Source: Cyanobacteria bacterium P01_F01_bin.150
GTDB taxonomy: Bacteria; Cyanobacteriota; Cyanobacteriia; CAKZMO01
Assembly (NCBI GenBank): GCA_039189765.1
Contig: JBCCYL010000022.1
Location: 1-64,000, forward strand
Direction: 5' to 3'
DNA: 64,000 nt
Program-made: the position numbers and the translations under genes
Notes under the pieces: model-generated
The model's database searches: none
Seen by the model: the letters and a program-made list of their open reading frames with translations, nothing else
What the model was told of the DNA's origin: nothing
Shown here: positions 9,640-18,491 of the stretch, piece after piece
Layout: each line of letters starts with the position of its first letter
Numbering within the stretch: the first letter of the stretch is position 1

Positions 9640-10545
9640 ATGATGGTGAATGCTATGACACGGCTACCGTATTTGAGCGACGATTACACCTTGGCTTGGG
9701 GCTTACCACCTCAAGTAAAAAAGGACAGGGTTGCTCCTGTAACGTAATCGAACTCTTAGCGTATAGTGCCTGGAGACGGGCTGGCTATATGCGAGGGAGG
9801 CTCGTTGAAGTAATCCTGCATGAATGCAGAGTAATCTCAACGTTCGATCCCATACCCAAAACTTTGGTATTTAACGGAAATTGGGCGACCGAGACATACC
9901 TTATCTCTACACAGTGAGGTAAGGCCGTATGAGTAGGAATGGTGAAACAATAATCCATCCAAGGGGGGAATAGGCTAAGTGAGTAATCATAAGCCGTTCA
10001 ACCCTTGCCAGCGTAGGGAGCTTGGGCATGGTGACATGTTCAATCGGGGGATGATAACCACCGACGACTGTACGAAATTACAGCGGTGAAAAGCTCAACT
10101 ATGAAAGGCGGGAAACCGCTTGCTGGTAAGAGTAAAGAGAGACGCAAGGCCGAACCGTTGAAAAGACCTTACGTGGTAATCCAGGAGCTTCTGCTTTCTG
10201 CCTGGGGAAATCTGCAATGAGAATGGCTTCAAGCCATCAGCGTAAGTGTCCTGCTGATAATAACCAGCTAGCGACGTGACTCTTTATTCGACTATTCATG
10301 CTAATCGGGGAAGGTCTGAGTTGGGCGAGAAGTTGCTATCCCGCCACCTGCCCTTATCAGGCAGTGAAAAAAGACATCAGACTGGGAGCGGGGAGCAAGT
10401 AGGGGCAAAGGTCTATGACCTTCGGGGGACAACTGGCAAGGCAGTCAGGAATCTCTTCGTGATCGGGGGTGGTAGCCCGATCAATTAACGACTACGAAAG
10501 CTCTGAGGAGGTCTCGAATCAAATACGGTAGCCTCCACCATGATG
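9640..10545 (+). ncRNA. Candidate giant structured non-coding RNA (~900 nt), family unassigned
   Basis: Perfect 15-bp terminal helix 9662-9676/10519-10533, nested long-range pairings, many GNRA/UUCG-capped hairpins with G-U pairs favouring the + strand. No credible ORF. Confidence 0.75.
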
Positions 10546-10831
10546 GGTTGAGGGATGCTCTATGAATCAAGAGAGTATCCCTCAACCACACACAGTACAA
10601 ACAGTGAATACTCTTTTTGCGAGGAACACCATGCCTATGAAGCACTGCACTTAGGACAGACCACATTCTCAAGACATATGCCTCAAACGGCGTTTGAGGT
10701 GAAATCAAAACACTTTTTACTAAAGCACGTAAGTAGTTGGTTTTTATGGCAATTGTTACGGCTTTAAGGAAAGTGGGTGCGCGGCGATTCTACGGTCGTA
10801 GAGGGCTACTGCGCCCCACCCGGTATTTCTG

Positions 10832-10872
10832 GCACTGGTTGACCGCAAACAAACCAGTGCTTCCTTTTTCTT
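10832..10872 (+). terminator. Terminator/attenuator-like hairpin just before the RBS of 10891..11481
   Basis: GCACTGGTT...AACCAGTGC followed by TTCCTTTTTCTT; AAGGAG at 10880-10885. Confidence 0.5.
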
Positions 10873-10890
10873 GGTCTAAAAGGAGACAAA

Positions 10891-11481
10891 ATGACAGCAT
10901 GGTATGAAGTTTCTAACGTGGGGCAATTCCTTGGACGCATAGCCAATATCTACATCTGGAACGGCTACACCCGCTATGCCGTCCGGCATATACCATCGGA
11001 TAAATCCCCTCAAGCTGTGGATACAAAAATATTGAGCTGCTATCACATCACCCAATGTCGCATGACAAGAATGCGTCATGCTGCCAGGGGTGAGGCCAAA
11101 GTAGGATATATCAGGTTTGGAAGGACGTTCATTTTAGTGGCGACAACTGGCAAGCATAAAGCTTTTGGCAGAATCCAATCACATGACTTCTACACCAGTC
11201 CCCTGCACTACTACCACTACTCAGTGGGAATTAGAAATCAAAAACCATGTATCAGAATCGCCCACAAAACGTGGAAATGGGCTGAGCATCGGATCTCAAA
11301 GATGGCACTCCACGACCACGACAAGGTGCAGCAAGCACTACAAGATCTCCCCTATTACAACTTTGTCGGCGTCCAGGAACAGAAACGACATCTGATCGCA
11401 CACATCAACGCTCGTAGAAAACGAGCGGGTCTGCCTCTCATTAGCAACCAAAATATCTTGCCCAAAGACGGGACCATGTGA
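10891..11481 (+). CDS. Basic hypothetical protein (196 aa), possible nucleic-acid-binding partner of the upstream RNA
   Basis: Strong AAGGAG RBS; rich in R, K, H and Y; C-terminal INARRKRAGL. No assignable catalytic family. Confidence 0.8.
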   Translation: MTAWYEVSNVGQFLGRIANIYIWNGYTRYAVRHIPSDKSPQAVDTKILSCYHITQCRMTRMRHAARGEAKVGYIRFGRTFILVATTGKHKAFGRIQSHDFYTSPLHYYHYSVGIRNQKPCIRIAHKTWKWAEHRISKMALHDHDKVQQALQDLPYYNFVGVQEQKRHLIAHINARRKRAGLPLISNQNILPKDGTM

Positions 11482-11720
11482 CTCTCTGCGGAGAACTTGT
11501 CAGGCGAAGCATTGACAAGTTCCTTCGCCATCGGGCCATAACAGCATCCTCCAACAGGTCTACCGATTTCACCCCGTCAGGGGAAACAAACAGACGAAGC
11601 CCTGACCTTTTCACAAGCTGTATTCTGTAGTCATTGAAGGAACGGCAAGCATACACCTCAAGGGTCGCCTTCTAAAGATTTTTCAAGTTTGAGATCATGG
11701 GGGCTATTTGATCTCTGTTG

Positions 11721-11750
11721 AACCCGACCAATGGTCGGGTTTTTCTCTTT
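11721..11750 (+). terminator. Intrinsic terminator
   Basis: AACCCGACCA-a-TGGTCGGGTT plus T tract. Confidence 0.7.
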
Positions 11751-11917
11751 TTACTCACAGTGACATCTATCACGCTATCCCTCGACCAAGAACACCATCA
11801 AAGCTTTGGAACACGGAGGGGAAAGGGTGAAGTACTTACTACACACACAACGAACAGAAACAACATTTGAAAGTTTTGCATTCTTCCGTCTGCAACACTT
11901 CTCTCTAAACACACCCC

Positions 11918-11952
11918 AAATCCCGGTCAAGGAGTAGACTGGGATTTTTTTT
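11918..11952 (+). terminator. Intrinsic terminator
   Basis: AAATCCCGGTC...GACTGGGATTTTTTTT. Confidence 0.6.
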
Positions 11953-12050
11953 GCACATCAGGACATATGCGCCCAACCAATTAGCCCTCCTCACATGAAG
12001 GTAACAGGACTACATGGACGCTATAGACCCAAGCTGATATAGTCATCTCC

Positions 12051-13109
12051 ATGCCTAAACAATCCTCTCTCTTCCCTGAAGACAACTACAAAACACTCCT
12101 GGGAAATCTGAAACAACGCATTGAAGAAGCCCAACTCAAAGTAGCATTGACAGCTAATCAAACTGGGGTCTATTTATACTGGCAAATCGGTCAAGAGATT
12201 TTAGCGCAGCAAAAGAAACAAGGATGGGGCAGTAAGGTAATCGACAGACTCTCCCAAGATTTGAAGCGAGCATTTCCAAACATGCGGGGATTCTCCCCCA
12301 GAAACCTCAAATATATGCGAACATTCGCAGCTGCCTATCCGAACGAGGAAATAGTGCTGCAAACGATTGCGAATGTTCCATGGGGGCACAACCAAACGTT
12401 ACTCAACAAACTGGATGATATAGAGCAACGTCTTTGGTATGCCCAACAAAGCTCAGAGTATGGTTGGAGTCGCAACGTCTTGGAAATGCAGATTGAGACT
12501 AATTTGTTCAAACGTCAGGGAGGTGCGATCACGAACTTTGAACGCACATTACCTCCAGCCAACTCTGATCTTAGTCAGCAGCTTTTGAAAGACCCGTACA
12601 ATCTGGATTTTTTCTCGCTTGCACGAAATGCTCAAGAGCGTGATTTAGAAAATGCTCTTGTGAACCATATGAAAGACTTCCTCCTAGAGCTAGGAGTTGG
12701 ATTTGCCTTTGTCGGTAGCCAGTATCGCTTAGATGTCGAAGGAGATGAGTATTTTCTTGACCTGTTGCTGTATCACCTGAAGTTGCACTGCTATGTCGTG
12801 ATTGATCTCAAAATGGCAGAATTCAAGCCAGAATACGCTGGTAAGATGAATTTCTACGTCACGGCGGTCAATCGGCTCCTTAAAGACGAGCGAGATGATC
12901 CCACCATCGGAATCGTGCTGTGTCGCTCAAAAAAGAGGACTGTCGTCGAATTCGCACTGGATACTGTACACAACCCCATCGGTGTTGCAACATACAAATT
13001 AAGAGAAGATTTACCACCAGCACTACGCAAAAGCTTACCCAGTGCAGAGCAGCTTGAGTTCGAGCTAGAAAAAGCTGCTCAAGCCCTCGAATCGGAAAAG
13101 AAGAAGTAA
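12051..13109 (+). CDS. YhcG/DUF1016 family PD-(D/E)XK nuclease
   Basis: LYWQIG, GWGSKVIDRLSQDL, GFSPRNLKYMR, KDPYNLDF, LLELGVGFAFVGSQY and IDLK...GKMNFY motifs. Confidence 0.92.
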   Translation: MPKQSSLFPEDNYKTLLGNLKQRIEEAQLKVALTANQTGVYLYWQIGQEILAQQKKQGWGSKVIDRLSQDLKRAFPNMRGFSPRNLKYMRTFAAAYPNEEIVLQTIANVPWGHNQTLLNKLDDIEQRLWYAQQSSEYGWSRNVLEMQIETNLFKRQGGAITNFERTLPPANSDLSQQLLKDPYNLDFFSLARNAQERDLENALVNHMKDFLLELGVGFAFVGSQYRLDVEGDEYFLDLLLYHLKLHCYVVIDLKMAEFKPEYAGKMNFYVTAVNRLLKDERDDPTIGIVLCRSKKRTVVEFALDTVHNPIGVATYKLREDLPPALRKSLPSAEQLEFELEKAAQALESEKKK

Positions 13110-13174
13110 CTCAATTACCCCAGCTTCGAATCCCACAAAAGCCTTATTTCACAGGACATTCATCTCGTCCCAGT

Positions 13175-13318
13175 AAAAGTGCTACAGCCATAGCACTTTT
13201 ATGTGAACCACCACCTCTTCCCCAAAGTAGGTTGCCAAATTATTGTTGCTATCCAGGAACTCATCTGAAGAATTAAGGTATTTCAATCAACCAATAGTGC
13301 TACGGCTGTAGCACTATT
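13175..13318. repeat. Two copies of a palindromic AGTGCTA-N6-TAGCACT site
   Basis: AAAAGTGCTACAGCCATAGCACTTTT (13175-13200) and AATAGTGCTACGGCTGTAGCACTATT (13293-13318). Confidence 0.6.
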
Positions 13319-13410
13319 ACAAATGAGGTCTCCTTGGAGGCTCCCGCTTGTGGAACAGATTGCTAAACAAGTGGGCTGAACAGTACTCAGAGGAGCATTT
13401 ACCTCAAATG

Positions 13411-14316
13411 TTTGTACTATTACCCGCAAGCAAGAAACCACAGTTTATTACATGCAAATGGAGCACTCAAACAGCATTGATTCACAGATGTCCTTTTGAG
13501 CCTCTACAGCGCCCATAGAGCAAAGTTTTTAAGCAACCCCTACCCTTGATATGGCTTTCAAAAACTCCTCCACAGCCACTCCTTAACGGCAGTCCAATAA
13601 TCTGCATGTAATCCAACCATGATCAGCTTATGTCAATGCACGACAGGCTGTGGATAAGTTACGGATCTATTTGTACTATTACCCGTAAATGATTTGTACT
13701 ATTACCCGTAAATCTTTGTACTATTACCCGTAAATCTTTGTACTATTACCCGCATGAAGGGCCAAAATTGCCTGTCATATCAAGTACTTACAGCCCCTAA
13801 ACTCTCTTAAACTTATTAAACTAGATCTACTAAACGGAATTTCACTTGTGGATAACTATCCAAGTAGAGAGTTTTAGGAAAAGAAACCGAGCTTAAAGGT
13901 TGTAATCCAAATCATACGGTGGATTACACGCATAGTTTTTTTGAGTAGTTAGCGTCCTGGCGTGCAAAGCACGAGCTACAATCGGCGGCAGCTCGTATCG
14001 TTTTTTATCTCTTAAAAGGGAATCAAATAGAGGTGAGGACCAAGAAACCTTATAAAATCACCGTAAATGGCCTATAGAGGCACACTTACGTCACTTCTAG
14101 GAGTATGGGGTAGGTCAAAAAAACAATTGCGTCACAAGGCTCACAGGGCGCATAATGACAACCGCTCTTTCTTAACCAATACTAAACGAAAGACAGAGGT
14201 GAAAGCACTATACGGGTAATAGTACAAATATTGTGTTGATAGCTATTTCACATGTACGGGTAATAGTACAAATATTGTGTTGATAGCTATTTCACATGTA
14301 CGGGTAATAGTACAAA
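13411..14316. repeat. Iteron-containing plasmid origin (oriV) with DnaA boxes
   Basis: 16-bp TTTGTACTATTACCCG at 13411, 13670, 13693, 13715 and 13737 (22-23 bp period). Inverted copies at 14213, 14257 and 14301 (44-bp tandem unit). DnaA boxes TGTGGATAA at 13649 and 13847, with an AT-rich stretch near 13795-13835. Confidence 0.9.
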
Positions 14317-14350
14317 TCAAGCGAGAGATCTTCTTACAGCAAACGAACTG

Positions 14351-15376
14351 CTATAAGTTTTTAGCAACTTTACGGCACCAAGCGAGAAAGGCTTGGTCAG
14401 GGTCTTTAATATCGAATTTATTCCTCGCTGTTGATTTCTTCCATGCATCCTCCAGAGCATAAATATCTTTACTAGGTAAATATTGCTTCGCAATTTCATA
14501 TGTGGTTGTCTTTAGCCCCTGTGGGTTCTGTAACGCTACTTCTGCTAAAGGAAAGGATTTAGTGGAAACTCGCGTAGCACTCAAATAATCGTGCCCCGAA
14601 CGTTTAGTCATTACCAATTTGTATTCAAGCAGTGCGCCCTTTGCAGCAACGTTTCTCAGCGCGGTCGAAAAATCTGAAAATCGCTGTGTACTCCCTGAGC
14701 GTTTATGGAGAGTAGAGAAATACCATCCCCAACCACGACGATTACTTCCAGCCTGTTTTCGAACAAGCCGATAGAGCCAACGTTCTATACCTCCTGTGAG
14801 AAGAAAATAATCAGGATTGATGGTGAGCAAAAGGCGCTTATCACTCACGGCTTCAAAAAGCCACTCTGGAATAACCACGGTCACATACTTAATCCTTCCA
14901 TGTTCGTCTCGTTCAAATTCTCCATACTCAAGCCAACTGAACATAACTGTTTTTTCGCGCTTGGCACGTACTGTAGTGACCACTGTTGTATTTTTTAGAC
15001 GTTTGAGAGACTGACCAAAACGTTCATATTGAATTCCCCCAATGTTACGGCGAACTGCCATAAAGAATTTATAGGGATGAAAACGGATTCTTCTGGTGGG
15101 CACTTCACCACGGTCAATAGCTTCTCGAAGCTGAGACAATAACCACATGACAAGATCCCAATCCCATATGGTGGCTATGCCATAAGGAGCACCACCTGTG
15201 ACAGTAATTTTTGCATTTTCAGATTGATATTCTATGGGCTTCAATCGGGTTCTTTTAGAAAGACTCAGAAAAGGAAGCTCCATTGTCTCCTGTGAATCAC
15301 GAGTAGAAATATCGGTGAACACATTCGAAAAAAGGCTGAGCTGCGTATTGTATTCGGGGGGATTTCTGATTGCCAT
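14351..15376 (-). CDS. repA: Plasmid replication initiator, RPA (replication initiator protein A) family
   Basis: MELPFLSLSK, YGIATIWDWDL, IPEWLF, LLTINPDYFLLTGGIERWLYRLVRK and C-terminal PDQAFLAWC; adjacent to iterons and parAB. Confidence 0.88.
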   Translation of the reverse strand: MAIRNPPEYNTQLSLFSNVFTDISTRDSQETMELPFLSLSKRTRLKPIEYQSENAKITVTGGAPYGIATIWDWDLVMWLLSQLREAIDRGEVPTRRIRFHPYKFFMAVRRNIGGIQYERFGQSLKRLKNTTVVTTVRAKREKTVMFSWLEYGEFERDEHGRIKYVTVVIPEWLFEAVSDKRLLLTINPDYFLLTGGIERWLYRLVRKQAGSNRRGWGWYFSTLHKRSGSTQRFSDFSTALRNVAAKGALLEYKLVMTKRSGHDYLSATRVSTKSFPLAEVALQNPQGLKTTTYEIAKQYLPSKDIYALEDAWKKSTARNKFDIKDPDQAFLAWCRKVAKNL

Positions 15377-15459
15377 AGCCCTCTCACCTCGGAGAGGGTG
15401 TCCTGCAAACCCCCTTCCTCCAAAAGTTACATCACATTGTTCGCATTATTTGGTGAGAG

Positions 15460-16605
15460 CTAACTATCTACCATTGAATCGATTTCATCAAGCAACTTTT
15501 GGATTTTTTTAAGTCGAGACTGAACCTTTTTGTTTCCTAATGTCTCTTGTAAGCGTTTATTTTGAAATCGTTTGACTCTTCTCACAATGGAAATCTGAAG
15601 AGGCTCTTCTTCAACTTCTTCTGAAGACTCCGCAAGTGTTGACTCCTGTTGCAAACTTTGCACATCATCCGAAGCTATATAAGTACCTGATTTTATTGCT
15701 TTTTTACGCTCTCGAATTTGACCAATAGTAGGGTTATCTTTAAGAATCCAAGCCAGTAAAGCACCTTTGTAAGCGTCATCGACGGAGGAAATTTCAACGA
15801 GCTTATTCCAGTCAGATTCACTGAATAACTTCAGCACAGGCACTGACGAAATCTCAGCCAACGAATCTTTAGCCTTCAGGATTTTACGAGCCTTCCCTCG
15901 AAAACCCAAGAGGGAACCCTTTCCAAAGTCTGAGAGAACTTTTTCTATGATTTCAACTTTGGGAGCGATGTCGCTCCCAATTTCTTCTCCCTTAGAATTG
16001 AAATACTTAACTCTGTCAAGAATCGTCAAGGTATCCTTCACAGAGAATGTCCCCCCTTGCCAATCTTCTATTTGAGCAGCCATCTCACCAAGTAAGCCTT
16101 CAACTTCTTCAAGGGCACTCAGGTCTTGACGGTTCAAATTCTCTTCTAAATGAATGCGTCGAGCTTGTTTATCAGTGACATCCAAAATATCAGCGGGAGC
16201 CTTGCCCCAATCAAGCTCCTGGGCAGCTTTACAACGAGTCTCACCATAGACAAGCTCATACAGGTACTTATCATCAAGGTTTAGCTCTGATTTCTTTTCT
16301 TCTGAAAGTAAACGTACTGCTATGCGACCAGGGAAACGATTGGTCTCCAGCATACTTTTTTTATGCTTAGCGATCTGATCGGGATCAAAGTACTTTCTTG
16401 ACTGCTCTGGAAAGTACACAGCATCCAAATCAATCAGGCTAGAATCCTGTGACTGAAAAGCATCGTTTTCCTCGCCCAATGAACCGCTCGCATCTTCCGC
16501 TATGGCTGGGGCATCAGGGGTAAGCTCTTCAGCTACCTCATTAGTTGTTTCAAGCTCCCTTGCATTCTGGATGAGGTTACCCAATGAACTTTTTCTTCTT
16601 CCCAT
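15460..16605 (-). CDS. parB: ParB-family partition protein
   Basis: QSRKYFD, YELVYGETRCKAA and ENLNRQDLSALEE motifs; coupled to parA. Confidence 0.88.
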   Translation of the reverse strand: MGRRKSSLGNLIQNARELETTNEVAEELTPDAPAIAEDASGSLGEENDAFQSQDSSLIDLDAVYFPEQSRKYFDPDQIAKHKKSMLETNRFPGRIAVRLLSEEKKSELNLDDKYLYELVYGETRCKAAQELDWGKAPADILDVTDKQARRIHLEENLNRQDLSALEEVEGLLGEMAAQIEDWQGGTFSVKDTLTILDRVKYFNSKGEEIGSDIAPKVEIIEKVLSDFGKGSLLGFRGKARKILKAKDSLAEISSVPVLKLFSESDWNKLVEISSVDDAYKGALLAWILKDNPTIGQIRERKKAIKSGTYIASDDVQSLQQESTLAESSEEVEEEPLQISIVRRVKRFQNKRLQETLGNKKVQSRLKKIQKLLDEIDSMVDS

Positions 16606-17237
16606 TATGATTCTCCTACAGCGTTCTCAAACTCTTTCTGAATTTCATCTCCCAAGGAGAGAAAATCACGCCAAATATCCTTTGCATTATTTTCGGAGCA
16701 ATCTTTCACAATGCCACCCGAAAGCGGCAATCGCTCAATGAAAGCGTATTTCCGTATTTCTGTATTGAAGTAAGCAATGTTGGATTCATCAAAATCTTGC
16801 TTGATATCAGCCCCCAGCCTTGTAGCCGTAGGTGGCATCATCGAAAGCAACACTCGATAGCAAGCACCTAATTTTTCTGCTGAGTTCACAGTTTGCACCA
16901 TGACATCAATATCCATAGGCCGTGGTGTTGTCGGGAGAATCAACAAGTCACAACCTTCAGCAATATCCTGAAATTCGTCAGGAGAAGGTCTTGCCTTGGT
17001 ATCGATCACGATAAATTCAGGCATGAGAGACATCAATACCTTTTGAGCTTTGTTTTGAGGCACTACTGGAAATGGGAGAGGTTGAGTTCTTTGAGACCAT
17101 CGTTCTGCACTGCGATTTTCATCAGCATCAATGAGAAGTACCTTGCCATGCTGACTCAAACAGGCAGCTACATGAACTGCTACGGTCGTCTTACTTATCC
17201 CACCTTTATATCCTGCAACGCTGATTATCTGGGACAT
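16605..17237 (-). CDS. parA: ParA-family partition ATPase
   Basis: Deviant Walker A KGGISKTT, LLIDAD, IVIDT. Confidence 0.92.
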   Translation of the reverse strand: MSQIISVAGYKGGISKTTVAVHVAACLSQHGKVLLIDADENRSAERWSQRTQPLPFPVVPQNKAQKVLMSLMPEFIVIDTKARPSPDEFQDIAEGCDLLILPTTPRPMDIDVMVQTVNSAEKLGACYRVLLSMMPPTATRLGADIKQDFDESNIAYFNTEIRKYAFIERLPLSGGIVKDCSENNAKDIWRDFLSLGDEIQKEFENAVGES

Positions 17238-17313
17238 TATTTCCTATGGAAAATTAATTGATTTTATGATTACTCTATTTTGTTAGGCTTTTTTTTTCAA
17301 GCCTTTTTTACAC

Positions 17314-17355
17314 ATTTTTTTCATTGGGAGCGACGTCGCTCCCAATGAAAAAAAT
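17314..17355. promoter_or_regulatory. parS-like perfect 42-bp palindrome upstream of parA, with a second core copy at 15959-15980 inside parB
   Basis: ATTTTTTTCATTGGGAGCGAC|GTCGCTCCCAATGAAAAAAAT; internal copy TTGGGAGCGATGTCGCTCCCAA. Confidence 0.7.
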
Positions 17356-17436
17356 AAGTTGAATGCCGACTTGGGTACAATCTTAGATCGTCAGTGTTTC
17401 TCTACCCATATGCTTCTATATCTTGCGCGATAAGCC

Positions 17437-17862
17437 ATGAATCTCATCGTCGATGAACAGTTTACGTGGCAACAGCCTGGGAAACCACCATCAGTTGCAA
17501 GAATACGTATCTACAAAAAGCTCAATCAAACAATCGTCATTGCTTCTGAATCACCAGAGAACAAAAGCCAATCACTCACGAACGGGGCAGAATATGCGAT
17601 AGCACAGACTATCAAGCACTATGGCCTAACTCCCCAAACAATGTTGTGGATCGAAAACTATCCTCCGCGTCTCCCAGTAGAGACCAGAATCGAGGACGAG
17701 TATCATCTCGTCCAGTTCACCTACGACCCCAAGGGTAAGACATTTGAAACCCCCAATTGGATTCAGCTATCTCCCAAAGAAGTGAAGAAGCTTATAGAAG
17801 GGGATAATGCACCTCTTCAGAACCTTATGCACAGGAAACCTACTCATGAAGAGTGGTGGTAG
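17437..17862 (+). CDS. Hypothetical protein
   Basis: 141-aa ORF with globular composition, ending at a convergent hairpin. Confidence 0.7.
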   Translation: MNLIVDEQFTWQQPGKPPSVARIRIYKKLNQTIVIASESPENKSQSLTNGAEYAIAQTIKHYGLTPQTMLWIENYPPRLPVETRIEDEYHLVQFTYDPKGKTFETPNWIQLSPKEVKKLIEGDNAPLQNLMHRKPTHEEWW

Positions 17863-17890
17863 GCCAAGAGTTGAAACAATCTTGGCCTAC
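17859..17890. terminator. Hairpin between convergent genes
   Basis: GTAGGCCAAGA...TCTTGGCCTAC, 11-bp stem. Confidence 0.55.
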
Positions 17891-17897
17891 CCGAGTC

Positions 17898-18350
17898 TCA
17901 CGATGAAACCCCTAGTAGCGTAGCTACTGCCCCAAGGTCTCGAAGATACACCGCATCCTCTTTCCTAAGTTTTCGTAACCCAACACCAGAGGGCACCTCA
18001 CAAGGTAAATCTGCAACCCGCACAGTATCCTTCTTGTGAAGTTGGTAGATTTGAACCCCGCTCAAATCTATCGTGAGCGTCCCCACTCCATTAGTTCCTG
18101 CCAAGTCAACACCCTGCACAACAGAAGAAGCCTGCTCCCCTAACATCGCAGAGGAATCCTCTTCCGTCTCAACACCAGATTCTTGGCAAGAACACTCTGC
18201 CCCCACATGGGGACTTACTGAAACCTGAGATGCAATCTTCTCCATAGAGGCCAACACAAATAAACAGAAAAAAGCAATACATCCAAAAGCTAACGTGTAG
18301 TCAAACAGATAGGTCAATACATCTTGGGCTGTGTCATACATAGCGATCAC
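17898..18350 (-). CDS. Hypothetical membrane-anchored protein
   Basis: N-terminal hydrophobic helix (YTLAFGCIAFFCLFVLA). Confidence 0.6.
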   Translation of the reverse strand: MIAMYDTAQDVLTYLFDYTLAFGCIAFFCLFVLASMEKIASQVSVSPHVGAECSCQESGVETEEDSSAMLGEQASSVVQGVDLAGTNGVGTLTIDLSGVQIYQLHKKDTVRVADLPCEVPSGVGLRKLRKEDAVYLRDLGAVATLLGVSS

Positions 18351-18491
18351 CGTCCTTTGTTCTGATAATTTTTTTGTAAACCTTCGAATACGCGCAACCT
18401 TTGAAGCGAATTGGGTGCGTTATCCTCTAAAACTCTTGGTACTAGATGCACCCATCAAGGTCAAGACAAAATCGTGTCAGGCTCTCTCTCT

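Noticed and set aside
7831..10616. Shared 13-mer GTGAATACTCTTT at 7831 and 10604
   Set aside because: Exact 13-mer matches are expected by chance within 64 kb, and the match does not extend.
9487..10767. Short ORFs in the track (9487, 9696, 10276, 10481, 10555)
   Set aside because: No RBS or domain signal; they overlap the structured non-coding region and are probably spurious.
9640..10830. Group II or group I intron interpretation of the large structured region
   Set aside because: I found no GTGCG 5' end at a boundary, no domain V, no group I P7-type R/S elements, no RT or homing ORF and no interrupted host gene.
13670..14316. Regularly spaced repeats as a CRISPR array
   Set aside because: Intervening sequences are 6-7 bp or identical 28-bp units rather than unique spacers, and the position beside repA and DnaA boxes indicates iterons.
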